The notes under the pieces: model-generated
What the model was told of the DNA's origin: nothing
What the model saw: the letters and a program-made list of their open reading frames with translations, nothing else
Database searches by the model: none
Virus record (IMG/VR): IMGVR_UViG_3300031841_004047
DNA: 64,000 nt
Strand: one strand, 5' to 3'
Origin: a virus
Shown here: one piece after another, positions 9,846 through 20,400 of the stretch
Layout: every line of letters starts with the position of its first letter
Position numbering within the stretch: the first letter of the stretch is position 1
Program-made: the position numbers and the translations under genes

Positions 9846-11735
9846 ATGGTACTTCAATCTTCTGGTCAAATAACATTAGAAGATATTCAAGGTGAGTTTG
9901 GAGGAACGGCTCCTCACTCCTTAAAGGAATACTATGGTGCGACTTCAACTATACCATCAAGCGGTGAGATCTCTATAAAAGATTTTTATGGAAAATCTGC
10001 GTTTACCGGACCAGTAACACAACTTATTACTACATCTATCAGCAACTTTACTCCTGCGGTTGATGGCTGGGATTCAGCAACCGTGTACGTAATAGGCGGC
10101 GGTGGTGGCGGGGGAGGTAGCAACGATAATGATGCTTCTGCCGCTGGTGGAGGAACTGCTGGCGGAACTGCTATAAGACATTATACAAATTTAACCGGTG
10201 CTAGCATAGCGGTAGGTGCTGGTGGTGGTGTTCAAGTTCCGTCTGGAGGTTATAACGGAGACTCAAAATACGGTTATAATGGAGGCAATAGCACATTTAC
10301 TCCATTTAGTGGTTCAACCGCGAAAGATGCGGGTAGCAGTAATACCACAACTCTCACGGGTGGCGGTGGATATGGAGGCTCTGCCGAGCATGGAAGCAGG
10401 AAGGGTGCGACAGCTCCATCTAGGCCTGGAGGGAGTGCATCCGGAGGTTCTACAAACTATAGTGGCCAAGCTTCGGGAGGAATACCGGGTCCTAACAGTA
10501 CAACAGTTGCTGGTTCCGGAACTTCAGTGAGTTTGACCGGTCAATTAACTAGTTACAGTTACCCGAATCAGGGTGAACATACTTTCGCTGCAGCGCATGC
10601 TGCTCCAATTCCTTCCAAGCCGTTAGACTTTACTAATACTTCTCAAACGTATTATCTTAACGGCAGTCTTTCATCAGCCGGAGTTATAAACTCTTATATT
10701 AACTTATCTAATGGTTTCCAAGGTGGTAGGGGAATGGGCAGTCAACAGTATCAGCTTCCTTCAGCCGGTGCTCCTAGAGGAGCTGGAGGTGGGGCAGTAT
10801 CTTGGACTGGACCAGCTGGATACCAATCATCTTATAGACCGGGCGTCGGATCTGCCGGTTGCGTTGTAATTGTTTATAAAGGAGGCGCGCCGACTACTCC
10901 TGCAAGTGTAAATACTTATACATTTACTGCGGATCGCTTAGAAGCAGAATTATATTACATAGCAACTGCAAATGGTTGGAATGGTAATGATGCACTAACG
11001 GTGAATATTAATTCTGGTGTTTATCTCTGGTCAGATACTGTTGGTGCCGCGGCATTAACTATTGCGGGGTCTTATCCCAACGGACTTACAATAAATAACT
11101 ACGGCTATATAATGGGACGTGGAGGAGACGGTGGTCTAGGAGAACAAGTCGGCGGAAACGGATCACCGGCTGTATCAAACTCATCATCTAATGTTACTAT
11201 TATAAATCACAACGGAGCTTACATCGCTGGTGGCGGCGGTGGCGGAGGAGGAGGTAACGGCGGAGAACCACAATCACGAGGCGGCGGTGGAGCAGGTGGT
11301 GGACTAGGTGGGTCTGGTGCAAGTCCTTTACCGGGGCAAGCTTCATCTAGTTACACTCTTGATGGTGGACAACAGCCAGATACTACTATCCCTGGAGCAC
11401 AAGCCGGTGGGATCGGCGGGCCTCATAGGTATGACGAAGGTAGCTATCCTTCTCAAACAGGCGGTAGAGTTCTGCCCGGAACCGCCAGTTCTGGAGGTAG
11501 TCATGTATTTGAAACCGGATCAGGCAATCAAAGAAGTTATCAATGGGTTGGCGGTGGCGGCGCCGGACAAGCTGGGACTAACGCAACTATTACGGGTCAA
11601 GGTGGCGGCGGTGGTGGCTGGGGTGCTGCCGGTGGTGTTGGTAAAAATAGTAGAGCTGGAGGTGCGGCTGGCGCAGCAATTTCAGGAACTTCTGTTAGTC
11701 TTACGAATAACGGAACAATCTATGGAGCAACATAA
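9846..11735 (+). CDS. Glycine-rich tail-tip adhesin with two Gly-rich domains, the second gp38-like
   Basis: Starts MVLQSSGQITLEDIQGEFGG. The second half is paralogous to 5588 (GWNG..GVYLWSD..NNYGYIMGRGG...NNGTIYG). Confidence 0.72.
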   Translation: MVLQSSGQITLEDIQGEFGGTAPHSLKEYYGATSTIPSSGEISIKDFYGKSAFTGPVTQLITTSISNFTPAVDGWDSATVYVIGGGGGGGGSNDNDASAAGGGTAGGTAIRHYTNLTGASIAVGAGGGVQVPSGGYNGDSKYGYNGGNSTFTPFSGSTAKDAGSSNTTTLTGGGGYGGSAEHGSRKGATAPSRPGGSASGGSTNYSGQASGGIPGPNSTTVAGSGTSVSLTGQLTSYSYPNQGEHTFAAAHAAPIPSKPLDFTNTSQTYYLNGSLSSAGVINSYINLSNGFQGGRGMGSQQYQLPSAGAPRGAGGGAVSWTGPAGYQSSYRPGVGSAGCVVIVYKGGAPTTPASVNTYTFTADRLEAELYYIATANGWNGNDALTVNINSGVYLWSDTVGAAALTIAGSYPNGLTINNYGYIMGRGGDGGLGEQVGGNGSPAVSNSSSNVTIINHNGAYIAGGGGGGGGGNGGEPQSRGGGGAGGGLGGSGASPLPGQASSSYTLDGGQQPDTTIPGAQAGGIGGPHRYDEGSYPSQTGGRVLPGTASSGGSHVFETGSGNQRSYQWVGGGGAGQAGTNATITGQGGGGGGWGAAGGVGKNSRAGGAAGAAISGTSVSLTNNGTIYGAT

Positions 11736-12097
11736 TGAAACTCCTAGTCTTAGATGATAATATAATCTCAAACATTATAGTAGTAGATAGTGACTGGGTT
11801 CCTGCCATAAATGAAAGATTCTTTGTTCAAGGCAACCCACAGATTGGATACCTCTATGATTCTGAAAATCAAGCATGTTATGATAACGAAGATAGATATG
11901 ACTATCTGGCTAATCTAATTACTTCTTGGGTTCTGGATGAGAACTGGAACTGGAAAGCACCGGTAGATCCAGACAGGTCTCAGACACATGACTCGGATGG
12001 TAATAGAATGCAGATTGTAGAATGGAACGAAAGTACTTTATCATGGGATGTGATAGAAGTAAGAGACTCTTTAAATGATCCCTGGAGGCTAGCTTAA
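11735..12097 (+). CDS. Hypothetical tail-associated protein
   Basis: Start overlaps the adhesin stop. Carries an SWVLDE.WNWKAP...WNESTLSW motif common next to marine phage fibre genes. Confidence 0.65.
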   Translation: MKLLVLDDNIISNIIVVDSDWVPAINERFFVQGNPQIGYLYDSENQACYDNEDRYDYLANLITSWVLDENWNWKAPVDPDRSQTHDSDGNRMQIVEWNESTLSWDVIEVRDSLNDPWRLA

Positions 12098-12107
12098 ATG
12101 GCAATAA

Positions 12108-12170
12108 CTAAGGGACTTACCGACTTCTTTAGGATGGCCTGATGTAACTTGGCCAACGCCACCGCCCTAA
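12108..12170 (+). pseudogene. Relic 3' end of a tail fibre assembly chaperone gene
   Basis: A start-less frame reads LRDLPTSLGWPDVTWPTPPP*, matching the end of 8694..9044 (LRDVPAQAGFPGNVVWPTKPT*). Confidence 0.55.
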
Positions 12171-12189
12171 AGTCAATAGAGTACTTCGG

Positions 12190-12197
12190 TATAAATA
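12190..12197 (+). promoter_or_regulatory. T4-type late promoter
   Basis: Intergenic TATAAATA upstream of 12223. Confidence 0.8.
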
Positions 12198-12222
12198 TTA
12201 TTTTAAATTAAGTGAGATTATT

Positions 12223-12870
12223 ATGATTGAACATGAAACACAGTATATTCCTATTTTTCCAACAATGTTAACTAGATCACGAGCTCCGTCATCTATAGTA
12301 AACGATGATCTTTTTGATAAGATTTTAGACATTGAATGGGTTGAGCATCTTGGAAAAGAACCAAGTAACAACAATGGTCTTTTAAGTTCCAGTAATAGAG
12401 TGTTAGAAGATTATGATTTTCTTGAAGACTTAAAGGTTTGGTTAGATGTACAAGTAATAAACGCTTATGACAAATGGGGTATAGTTAAAACTGCTACTCC
12501 CTATATTACTCAAAGCTGGTTTACAAAAACCGAATCAAGTAAAAGTTTACACAGACATAACCATCCTAATAGCTTAATGAGCGGAGTCGTTTATATCAGA
12601 GCAAATGAAGATCTAGATCATTTATTCATATCAAAGCCTTATGTTTTCCCTACTCTAGATTTTTTAACTCAGCAAGAAAACGAATTTAATTCACAGACTA
12701 TTAAATGTACGGTTGGTACCGGAGATTTAATAATGTTTCCTTCAAATTTAGAGCATTGGTTCAATTCAGTTGAGCATAATGAAACACGAATAAGTTTGGC
12801 ATTTAATACATTTATAGAAGGAAGTCTTGGTGATGAAGTTAGGCTCACGCATCTTTCAATTAAAAAGTGA
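12223..12870 (+). CDS. Putative 2OG-Fe(II) oxygenase, TIGR02466-like
   Basis: Motifs HNHPNSLMSGVVYI, GDLIMFPSNLEH and RISLAFN (His-x-His, distal His, RxS). Confidence 0.85.
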   Translation: MIEHETQYIPIFPTMLTRSRAPSSIVNDDLFDKILDIEWVEHLGKEPSNNNGLLSSSNRVLEDYDFLEDLKVWLDVQVINAYDKWGIVKTATPYITQSWFTKTESSKSLHRHNHPNSLMSGVVYIRANEDLDHLFISKPYVFPTLDFLTQQENEFNSQTIKCTVGTGDLIMFPSNLEHWFNSVEHNETRISLAFNTFIEGSLGDEVRLTHLSIKK

Positions 12871-13600
12871 TAAAGTTAAGTTTGTTTGTGCTATGAAAGA
12901 AGTTATGGAGTGGATGCCTATCGTTAAAACTTCTCAGATACAAAGAGACTGGTTAAAAAAACTTGCTTCACAAAAAGATATTATCGATGGAAATGGCAGA
13001 GCGCGTTCAGCGTCCAGATGTCCTGGTATCGTAAAAGTAATACAGGAAGGCTGGGTGGTTAAATCCTTTTGTGATGTAAAAATCACGATTGAAAGTAACA
13101 AAGATTGGAGTTGGCAATCAACCGTACCTCTAATGATTGATAATTCGGCTGGAGAACTAGTTACTTCTCATTATGACGAAAATATGTTTTCACACATGGA
13201 AAACTTGCCTAAAAATTCTTTTCCACATGTTTTAAAATTTAATACTCCTTGGTATGTTCATCTTCCAAAAGGATATAGGTTACTACAGCTGCCGGTCCCA
13301 TATGTTGATGAAAATAGATTTACGCCTTTACCCGGCTTATATGAGTATGACTTAGGATTAAATAGTATCAATATTCCTTTTGTTTTACACACAAAAAGAG
13401 GTGAGGTTAACATTGAAGCAGGAACACCATTGGTTCAGTTGATTCCAATAAAAGAAGAAAAAATTCAGATGGATATGATTTCACTTAATGATAATAAAAA
13501 ATATAAAGACATGTATAACATTAAGATGTTAAGTGAGTTCAATACTTTTACAAAACGTTCCTACTCAGACATAAGAAGATTTTGGAAGTCGTATAAATAG
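12827..13600 (+). CDS. Conserved hypothetical protein of a family often found next to oxygenases in marine phages; start uncertain
   Basis: Motifs CPG, KFNTPW...PKGY and IEAGTPLVQLIP. Confidence 0.65.
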   Translation: MVMKLGSRIFQLKSDKVKFVCAMKEVMEWMPIVKTSQIQRDWLKKLASQKDIIDGNGRARSASRCPGIVKVIQEGWVVKSFCDVKITIESNKDWSWQSTVPLMIDNSAGELVTSHYDENMFSHMENLPKNSFPHVLKFNTPWYVHLPKGYRLLQLPVPYVDENRFTPLPGLYEYDLGLNSINIPFVLHTKRGEVNIEAGTPLVQLIPIKEEKIQMDMISLNDNKKYKDMYNIKMLSEFNTFTKRSYSDIRRFWKSYK

Positions 13601-13610
13601 TTTATAAATA
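13592..13610 (+). promoter_or_regulatory. Two tandem T4-type late promoters
   Basis: TATAAATA at 13592-13599 and 13603-13610, upstream of 13633. Confidence 0.8.
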
Positions 13611-13632
13611 TACTAAAAAGTAGAGTTGACAT

Positions 13633-14031
13633 ATGGCACAATACGAAGACTTTTCAATAGATGCAGGAACTGATGTAACTATTAGACTCGAGCTGTTTAA
13701 TCCAGACGGTAGTAGAAAGATATTGAACATGGCTGATTCGGCTGGTAATGGTATAGTACCAATGTTCCTAGTGAAAGCTCAGGCCAAAAAATCTTTCACA
13801 TCAACAGATTCAGATGATATCATAACTTTTACTACGACTACTTTACAACCGGGAAATGAAGAAAATATAGCTCAGATTAGTTTATCAAATCTGCAAACAA
13901 TGAGTATGAAAAAAGGTCGGTGGGTCTATGATGTTGAGCTTCATGCAACAGATAGTGATCAAAATATCATTTCTATTGAAAGAATACTCGAAGGCAAACT
14001 GACTATTAACCAAAACGTAACAACTATATAG
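13633..14031 (+). CDS. Conserved virion-associated beta-sandwich protein (hypothetical)
   Basis: MAQYEDFSIDAGTD...GRWVYDVEL...RILEGKLTI. Confidence 0.7.
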   Translation: MAQYEDFSIDAGTDVTIRLELFNPDGSRKILNMADSAGNGIVPMFLVKAQAKKSFTSTDSDDIITFTTTTLQPGNEENIAQISLSNLQTMSMKKGRWVYDVELHATDSDQNIISIERILEGKLTINQNVTTI

Positions 14032-14035
14032 GTGA

Positions 14036-14365
14036 TTGATGACTGAAGCTATAAAAATTGTTTCAAACAGAACCATTGTAAGAAAGATTACTATTGGTAC
14101 ACCTATTCCTACGGTTAAAAGTTTTACCATTGATACGAGTATCGGTTCTTTGACGGATGTTGGAGCCAGTCTAGAAGATGGTCTTAAAGACGGAAGTGTT
14201 TTAGTCTATGATGCTTCATTAGGTAAATTTATTGTTAAGAATATTCTTATAAAGCATAGACTCGATGGTGGAGGTGATACGCCCGCCGAAGATGATGGCT
14301 TACAGCCGGGTGAACTGGATTCAGATGGACAAAGTGGTTTTAGAATAGACGGTGAAACGTTCTAA
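14036..14365 (+). CDS. Hypothetical virion-associated protein
   Basis: 109-aa ORF containing DGSVLVYDASLGKF, a short motif common in fibres. Confidence 0.6.
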   Translation: MMTEAIKIVSNRTIVRKITIGTPIPTVKSFTIDTSIGSLTDVGASLEDGLKDGSVLVYDASLGKFIVKNILIKHRLDGGGDTPAEDDGLQPGELDSDGQSGFRIDGETF

Positions 14366-14368
14366 CCT

Positions 14369-14376
14369 TATAAATA
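14369..14376 (+). promoter_or_regulatory. T4-type late promoter
   Basis: Intergenic TATAAATA upstream of 14406. Confidence 0.8.
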
Positions 14377-14405
14377 GATAAAATTCTGTTTAAAAAGGTT
14401 TATTT

Positions 14406-17400
14406 ATGTCAGGTACGTTAATTCAGATCAAAAGATCCGGCGTTACTCTAGAACCGCCATCTTTGAGAATAGGTGAATTAGCTTATTCTTTTGCAGACAG
14501 CTCACGAAAACTTTTCATTGGTGTTGGAAACTATAATCCTGAAACTCAGGTTGCTGACAGTATTCATGTAATCGGTGGAGAATTCTACACTGATCTTTTA
14601 AGTGGGACACCGGGAATATCATTTGCCGATAAATTTCTTCGTTTAGGAGACAGTAGAAATACTGACTTCTTGATGCTTGACTCCGGTCTTGTCTTACCCG
14701 TTGGAGCAAATGATACAAGAATTAATATACTTGGATCTGTTAGGTACAACACTCAAGAACAATCTTTTGAAGGCTATGACGGTTCAGTATGGAGTAGCCT
14801 GGGTGGTGTTAGAGATGTCGACCAAAATACTTTTATCAGAGCAGAAATAGCACCAAATGTAGACAACAATGATCTTGACTTCTTCACGGCGGGATCATTT
14901 AGGTTACAGATCACAGAAACTGGACAGATAGTAGCCGCTCCAGTTTACACACCTGATAGCTCACAGTCTCTTACAACTAAAAACTATGTCGATAACGTCA
15001 AAGCCGGTAGACCAACGGATTATATTTCTGATGCTCAAACTTCTTATGGAAGAACTGACAGTAATGGTTGGGCGGATGGAGCCTTTAAAGGTTTTAGAGA
15101 CTCAGATAAAGTGGTTGATGTTCTAGATGGTTTAAATGAAGCTATCAATAATGTTAGAAACAACGTCTTTGTTAGAGATCTTACATTTACCGCAAATCCA
15201 ACTTCAGGTGGTTCTGGTTTCACAACTACTCTTACAGTTGCTAATGACGGCAATCCTAATAGGTATGATATTGACTGGGGTGACGGTGCTATCGATAGTG
15301 ATGTTTCAGTAACTGGAACATTGACTCATACTTATGACGATACTACTTTTAGCCCAGCAACCATTAAAGTAAGAGCTTACAACACGGCCGCTTATGGAAC
15401 CGGTAGTGAAAATACTCGTGTTATGCCAGATTATATTACGATCTACACCGTCGATCCGGTTGCTAACTTCAGACTTTATAGGAGTTTAGAAGGCAATGAT
15501 CTAGTAGATAGTACTCAAGCTTATGTTATTGAAGGTAACTCTTTATATCTTGAAAATACCACTACAAACACAGTTGTTTCAAACTCTGAAGGTCAATCAG
15601 TCGAAACTTATACCATGCTTTGGGCTGATGGTACTCCTTTGGTAAATATTGATAGTGATACACTTCCGGGTGGTGTTCAAGGAGCAAGACTTCAGCATAC
15701 ATGGGCAGTTGGTACAAACTCTGGTACTGGAATGGATGTCACGAGGTTAACATTGGCATCTCATAGCACAGCCGACCCAGCAGTTATTCCGAACAGTAAA
15801 GAACTACCTCTTAAAGTATATGATCCAAATATCGCACCTCCTGAAGGACTTACTTTTAAAACAATATCCATGAATACTACAAGTGGATTAAATCCAACAT
15901 TAGCTTATTCATTTACAGATAATACTACCGGAGCAGTTTTAACCGCTGGATCTCCAGTTTCAAGAGTTGCTGGTAACGCCGGTACGGCTGAATCTTCAGT
16001 TCTATCTCAATTATCAAATGGTGGAAAGACCGGAAATTTAAGAGCTTTAATCGACAACGTGACTGATGGCTCTAAGATCATGACGACCGATGATAACTCA
16101 GGTATATATCAGTCATTAGTGATTACACAAAACTCTGATTTTCAATTATTTGATCAATCCGGAGATCCGGTCACCTTTCAAAACAGCATCTATCATCCGG
16201 ATCTTTACTCAGGGTTTAAAGCTAAGATTTCCACATCCGTTTCTGCACTTACAACAGGTCTTCATAGCTTTGAGTTAAATCATTCTATAGTCGGTAGCAC
16301 AAATAAGATTGAGTTTGTAAAAGATGATCTTACCGATGTTCCAACTGTAACCGGCGCATCCCTTTCTCTTGTTAATAATGGAACACTTAGATATATTTCC
16401 GGTATACCATACTTTAATACTGGTGGTAGTGTAGTAGTAAGTGGAGCACAGGTTCAAGACTTTATAGGTCAGGCTTATAATAATACTACTAATGTTGTAA
16501 GTGTTCAGTCTGGAACAAACTATGAGGGCACCAGCTCAAATGCTATACAGAATCATAACTTTACTTATGCTGAAATAGATGGTGCTACTACTTTCTTAAA
16601 TGGTGGTATACCGATAGCAGACACCGGAAAAACAATACCGTATGCTTTAGGAGATCTTTCGGTTGATATAAACCAAAGCAACGTGAGAACTGTTGAAGAA
16701 TTGCAAATAAGAGCTACTAATGTTAACGGTAACGGAAACTTTGCACCTATAGCTGGCAAATTAAATGTTCATAGTAGATCTCAATACGGAATTAGTGAGA
16801 TTGCAATATCAGTAAGTCCTGCTTTAGGCCAAACATACACTGATAATGGTGTTAGGATTTTTGACCTTGCTAGTCTCAATATAAATACTCCTAGTTACAC
16901 GGGATCTACTAACTTTTATACTAACAATATATACACAGAAGCTGCTGATCCTGGTGTAGCTGGAACAAAGGAAGCAACTTTAAGATTTGGAGAGATTAAA
17001 CACGACGTAACTGATTACTCAACGGGTTATCTGCCAATAGGTCCAGATCGATCTGGAGACACGGGTACTCAGTACTTTACATTTGCATTTAGAAGAACGG
17101 TTGTTGCTAATTTTACTATTAATATTACGAGTGACACAAACGGAGTGGCAGGACTATTCATAGCAGCACCAGGATCAACCATCGATAATACAAGTTCACT
17201 TAATGGATGGTTAGACTGTTCAATACAATATGCTGGTTCAGGTGTTCCTGGTGTGAACACTGGATCAGGAGGAAACGGATCAAACGGATGTGCACAAACA
17301 GGATCAGACTTAATACTACCAAACACCCAGCTAAACGGTGCTTACACTATGACTCTCGGTTCAGAGAATATGACTAATGCTACAGGAAATGTTGTTCTTG

Positions 17401-17453
17401 TTAGAATAGCATTGAACGCAAACCAAAAGATAACAGCCTTGAATATTTCATAA
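14406..17453 (+). CDS. Large virion structural/tail protein with PKD-like Ig domains
   Basis: N-terminus IQIKRS...GELAYS is a fibre-type anchor. Contains GSVRYNT..FEGYDG..W.SLGGVRDVDQNT and PKD-like YDIDWGDG and WADGT motifs. Confidence 0.72.
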   Translation: MSGTLIQIKRSGVTLEPPSLRIGELAYSFADSSRKLFIGVGNYNPETQVADSIHVIGGEFYTDLLSGTPGISFADKFLRLGDSRNTDFLMLDSGLVLPVGANDTRINILGSVRYNTQEQSFEGYDGSVWSSLGGVRDVDQNTFIRAEIAPNVDNNDLDFFTAGSFRLQITETGQIVAAPVYTPDSSQSLTTKNYVDNVKAGRPTDYISDAQTSYGRTDSNGWADGAFKGFRDSDKVVDVLDGLNEAINNVRNNVFVRDLTFTANPTSGGSGFTTTLTVANDGNPNRYDIDWGDGAIDSDVSVTGTLTHTYDDTTFSPATIKVRAYNTAAYGTGSENTRVMPDYITIYTVDPVANFRLYRSLEGNDLVDSTQAYVIEGNSLYLENTTTNTVVSNSEGQSVETYTMLWADGTPLVNIDSDTLPGGVQGARLQHTWAVGTNSGTGMDVTRLTLASHSTADPAVIPNSKELPLKVYDPNIAPPEGLTFKTISMNTTSGLNPTLAYSFTDNTTGAVLTAGSPVSRVAGNAGTAESSVLSQLSNGGKTGNLRALIDNVTDGSKIMTTDDNSGIYQSLVITQNSDFQLFDQSGDPVTFQNSIYHPDLYSGFKAKISTSVSALTTGLHSFELNHSIVGSTNKIEFVKDDLTDVPTVTGASLSLVNNGTLRYISGIPYFNTGGSVVVSGAQVQDFIGQAYNNTTNVVSVQSGTNYEGTSSNAIQNHNFTYAEIDGATTFLNGGIPIADTGKTIPYALGDLSVDINQSNVRTVEELQIRATNVNGNGNFAPIAGKLNVHSRSQYGISEIAISVSPALGQTYTDNGVRIFDLASLNINTPSYTGSTNFYTNNIYTEAADPGVAGTKEATLRFGEIKHDVTDYSTGYLPIGPDRSGDTGTQYFTFAFRRTVVANFTINITSDTNGVAGLFIAAPGSTIDNTSSLNGWLDCSIQYAGSGVPGVNTGSGGNGSNGCAQTGSDLILPNTQLNGAYTMTLGSENMTNATGNVVLVRIALNANQKITALNIS

Positions 17454-17462
17454 GGATCGAGA

Positions 17463-20400
17463 ATGGCGATAAGCGATAATCAAAAGATAGACTATCTATT
17501 TAAGAAACTCGGTTTCGGTGTTTCTAAAACTGATACGAATTCTATTAAGAATGCCACGAATGAGGATATAGCAAGTCCACTTCTTTTAAGAGGTGACAAT
17601 CTTTGGACGGATGCAGATTTAATTCCAAATATAATTCCTTCGTCTAACAGTAACGTAATTAAAGTATACAGTGATGCTGTAGGAACTGAAGCAACACTAG
17701 AAACTACTGAAGATACTACGGCTACACCCAATAGAACATGGAAAACCGGAATCTCAAACTGGATTCCACCACAGTTTGGATCAACTTATCAATTAAAAGT
17801 TTACATCGACTCTGCTGGTGCTTCTGCTCCTCAGTCAACCGGAACTCAGATATTTGCCAGCGGATCCGGAAACAATGACGAGTGGTTTTTTGATTATCAA
17901 TCGGGTGTCTTACATTTTATTGGTGATAATCTACCCGGTGGTATTGCTGGAAATGTAATATATGTTTCTGGTGCTGCTTACATCGGTAAGACTGGAAATA
18001 ACTTTACTACCTTAAATGTTGATTCAGCAAACATAGCAAGAGCGACCATCCTTGATGCTCAGTTTCCATTAGGAATAACTGTTAAGGATCTTACTGTTAC
18101 TGACTCTGCATACTTAAAATTTGCTGATATTGACTCCGCATTTATCGATAGACTTGTTGCAGACTCAGCAACCATAACAAATATAACTATTGACTCAGCA
18201 GACATCAATATCTTAAATATTACCGTTGGTGGTAGAATTCAGGGTCAAGAAAATCTTATTATTGATCCAAGAGCAATCGGTGATAACACGGGTAGAGTAA
18301 TCATCAAGGGTGACCTCATGGTCGAGGGCCTTGAAACAATTGTTAATTCTACTACCGTAACTATGAATGATAAAAATCTCGTACTTGCGGATTCTGCACC
18401 AGATTTAGCATTTACGGATGGAGCTGGTATCATTATAGCACCAGGAATTTCTGGAGCAGCTATTAGATATGATCAAAATAAAGATAGATGGATATTAAAT
18501 AGAAGTCTTGAAGGTAATAACTACGGAAGCCCTGGAGCAGGAATTTACTTTGATTCCGGTAATTTCTACAAGTTAACAACTAATCATATAGAAATTGGTG
18601 ACGTAATTACCGCGAGAGATATCAGGATTACTAGTCCAAATGTTATTCAAGGTGGTATTCTTACTATAGGTGATGACGATTCTATTTCCACTATACAAGA
18701 TATAAAAGTACAACAGTATAAGTCAAGCCTTCATCCTGATCTAAAAGGAAACGGTTTCTTAGCAATGAGGGAACTCATTGAGGATTCTGGTTACTATAAA
18801 CTAACAGTTGATCAAGATTCGGATATGGTGAAGATAGTCGGTGGATTTAAAGCCGGAATATATTCAAATCTTCCAGTAGGACAGTATGTACAATCCTATC
18901 CATACCAGAAAGATAGTAACAAGTTAGATTTTTATGGTATTGAATATAACGCAGATTCAAATTTAATTAGATTAAATGCTCAAAATACTATCATTAGAAC
19001 TTCGTTCAGTGCAGATAGTATGAGAGGAAAAGATTCAGCCTTTGCATTTCAAATTTTAACAGCCAATGATAGTACTCTCTTCAGTGTTGCAAGAGATGGT
19101 ACAATTAACTTTGGTGGTGCTCTTGAACAGAACGGTGCTGATTTTATTGGCGGTGGTGCATTTACAACCGTCACAGAAGCAAATGATTCAGGACAACCCG
19201 GTGACATATATTTTGTAAGAGACGAAGAAAAATATGGAGGCGCCGCTAACTCCATTAATGGTTATGGATTTGTTGGTATTCAAACCAGAAATCCGAGGTA
19301 TGAGCTTGAAGTTGCAGGTACCTTTCAGGTCGCTGACAGCATTGATCTAGTAAACTACGCTCTTAACAGAGCACTTTTCCCATATGCATCTCAAGCTGCT
19401 ACTGGGAAAAAACACGATGATGATACGAAAGGTCGCATGACCTTTATTCCACAAGCGGCGATGTTTAGAGCCGGTGAATTTGGTGATAGTCATTATAACG
19501 TGAATGTTATGGGTCAATTCTCTACTGCACTCGGTAAGAAAACAATTGCTGGTGCTGTAGGTAATAACCAAGCTGGTGAAGGACAATTTGCTGCTGGTTG
19601 GTTAAGTACTGCTGCTGGTAACTACAGCGTAGCAATTGGTAGAGAAAATACTACGGTTTCTGATCGTGGAACTGAGAACACTGACAATCTATTCTTAGGT
19701 AGTCGTAACATTGCTAACTATGCAGCAGGTCCTGGTTCTTATGATAGAATGACATCTATTGGTCATGAGAATAAAATAAAAGCTGCTGATGGTCTTATTC
19801 TTGGTACTGATAATAATATGCAAGGCTTTAGAAGTGTTATCGTAGGTGCCGATAACGTTTTAGGTGACAGTTCAAAAGATGGCCAATCAACTAGTCCTTT
19901 TGATGGCGGCTCAGGCACAGTTATTATTGGTAATGATAACGTTGTTCCAAATAGAAACACTTATGTTTTTGGTAGACAAAACACTCTTGGTGGAACTGAT
20001 GCTACAACAGGTGAGGCATTAACTAGATTTGGTAATGCCGGAATAAGTAATTATGTGTTTGGTGAGCTTAATACTGTTGGTAATAACGCTGACCAAGTTT
20101 CAATTTTTGGTAACCAAAACATAGTAAATGCCGATGAAGGTAAAGCTTTTGGTAGTCAGATTACAATTGATTCTGATATGTCTCAATCAATTGGATTTAA
20201 TTTAAGTTCACAGCCGGTTTCAGTTAAAGCCCCAAGAATTATGTCTATCCAAGGGGGTAATGTTATCATCGGTGAAGACAGCGACAAGTTTAGTGACTAT
20301 GATGGAAACTTATACGTAAAAGGTGATATTATACTAGGTGGTCAGTTGTTGACAGAGGGCTTGCCCGGTGTTCTTTCAAGCGGTACACCTTTCGTTGATG

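Noticed and set aside
10216-11757. Alternate-frame + strand ORFs inside the Gly-rich adhesin, and similar ones in other Gly-rich or repeat genes
   Set aside because: They result from stop-poor frames of GGN-rich sequence and are Val/Leu/Glu-biased with no SD.
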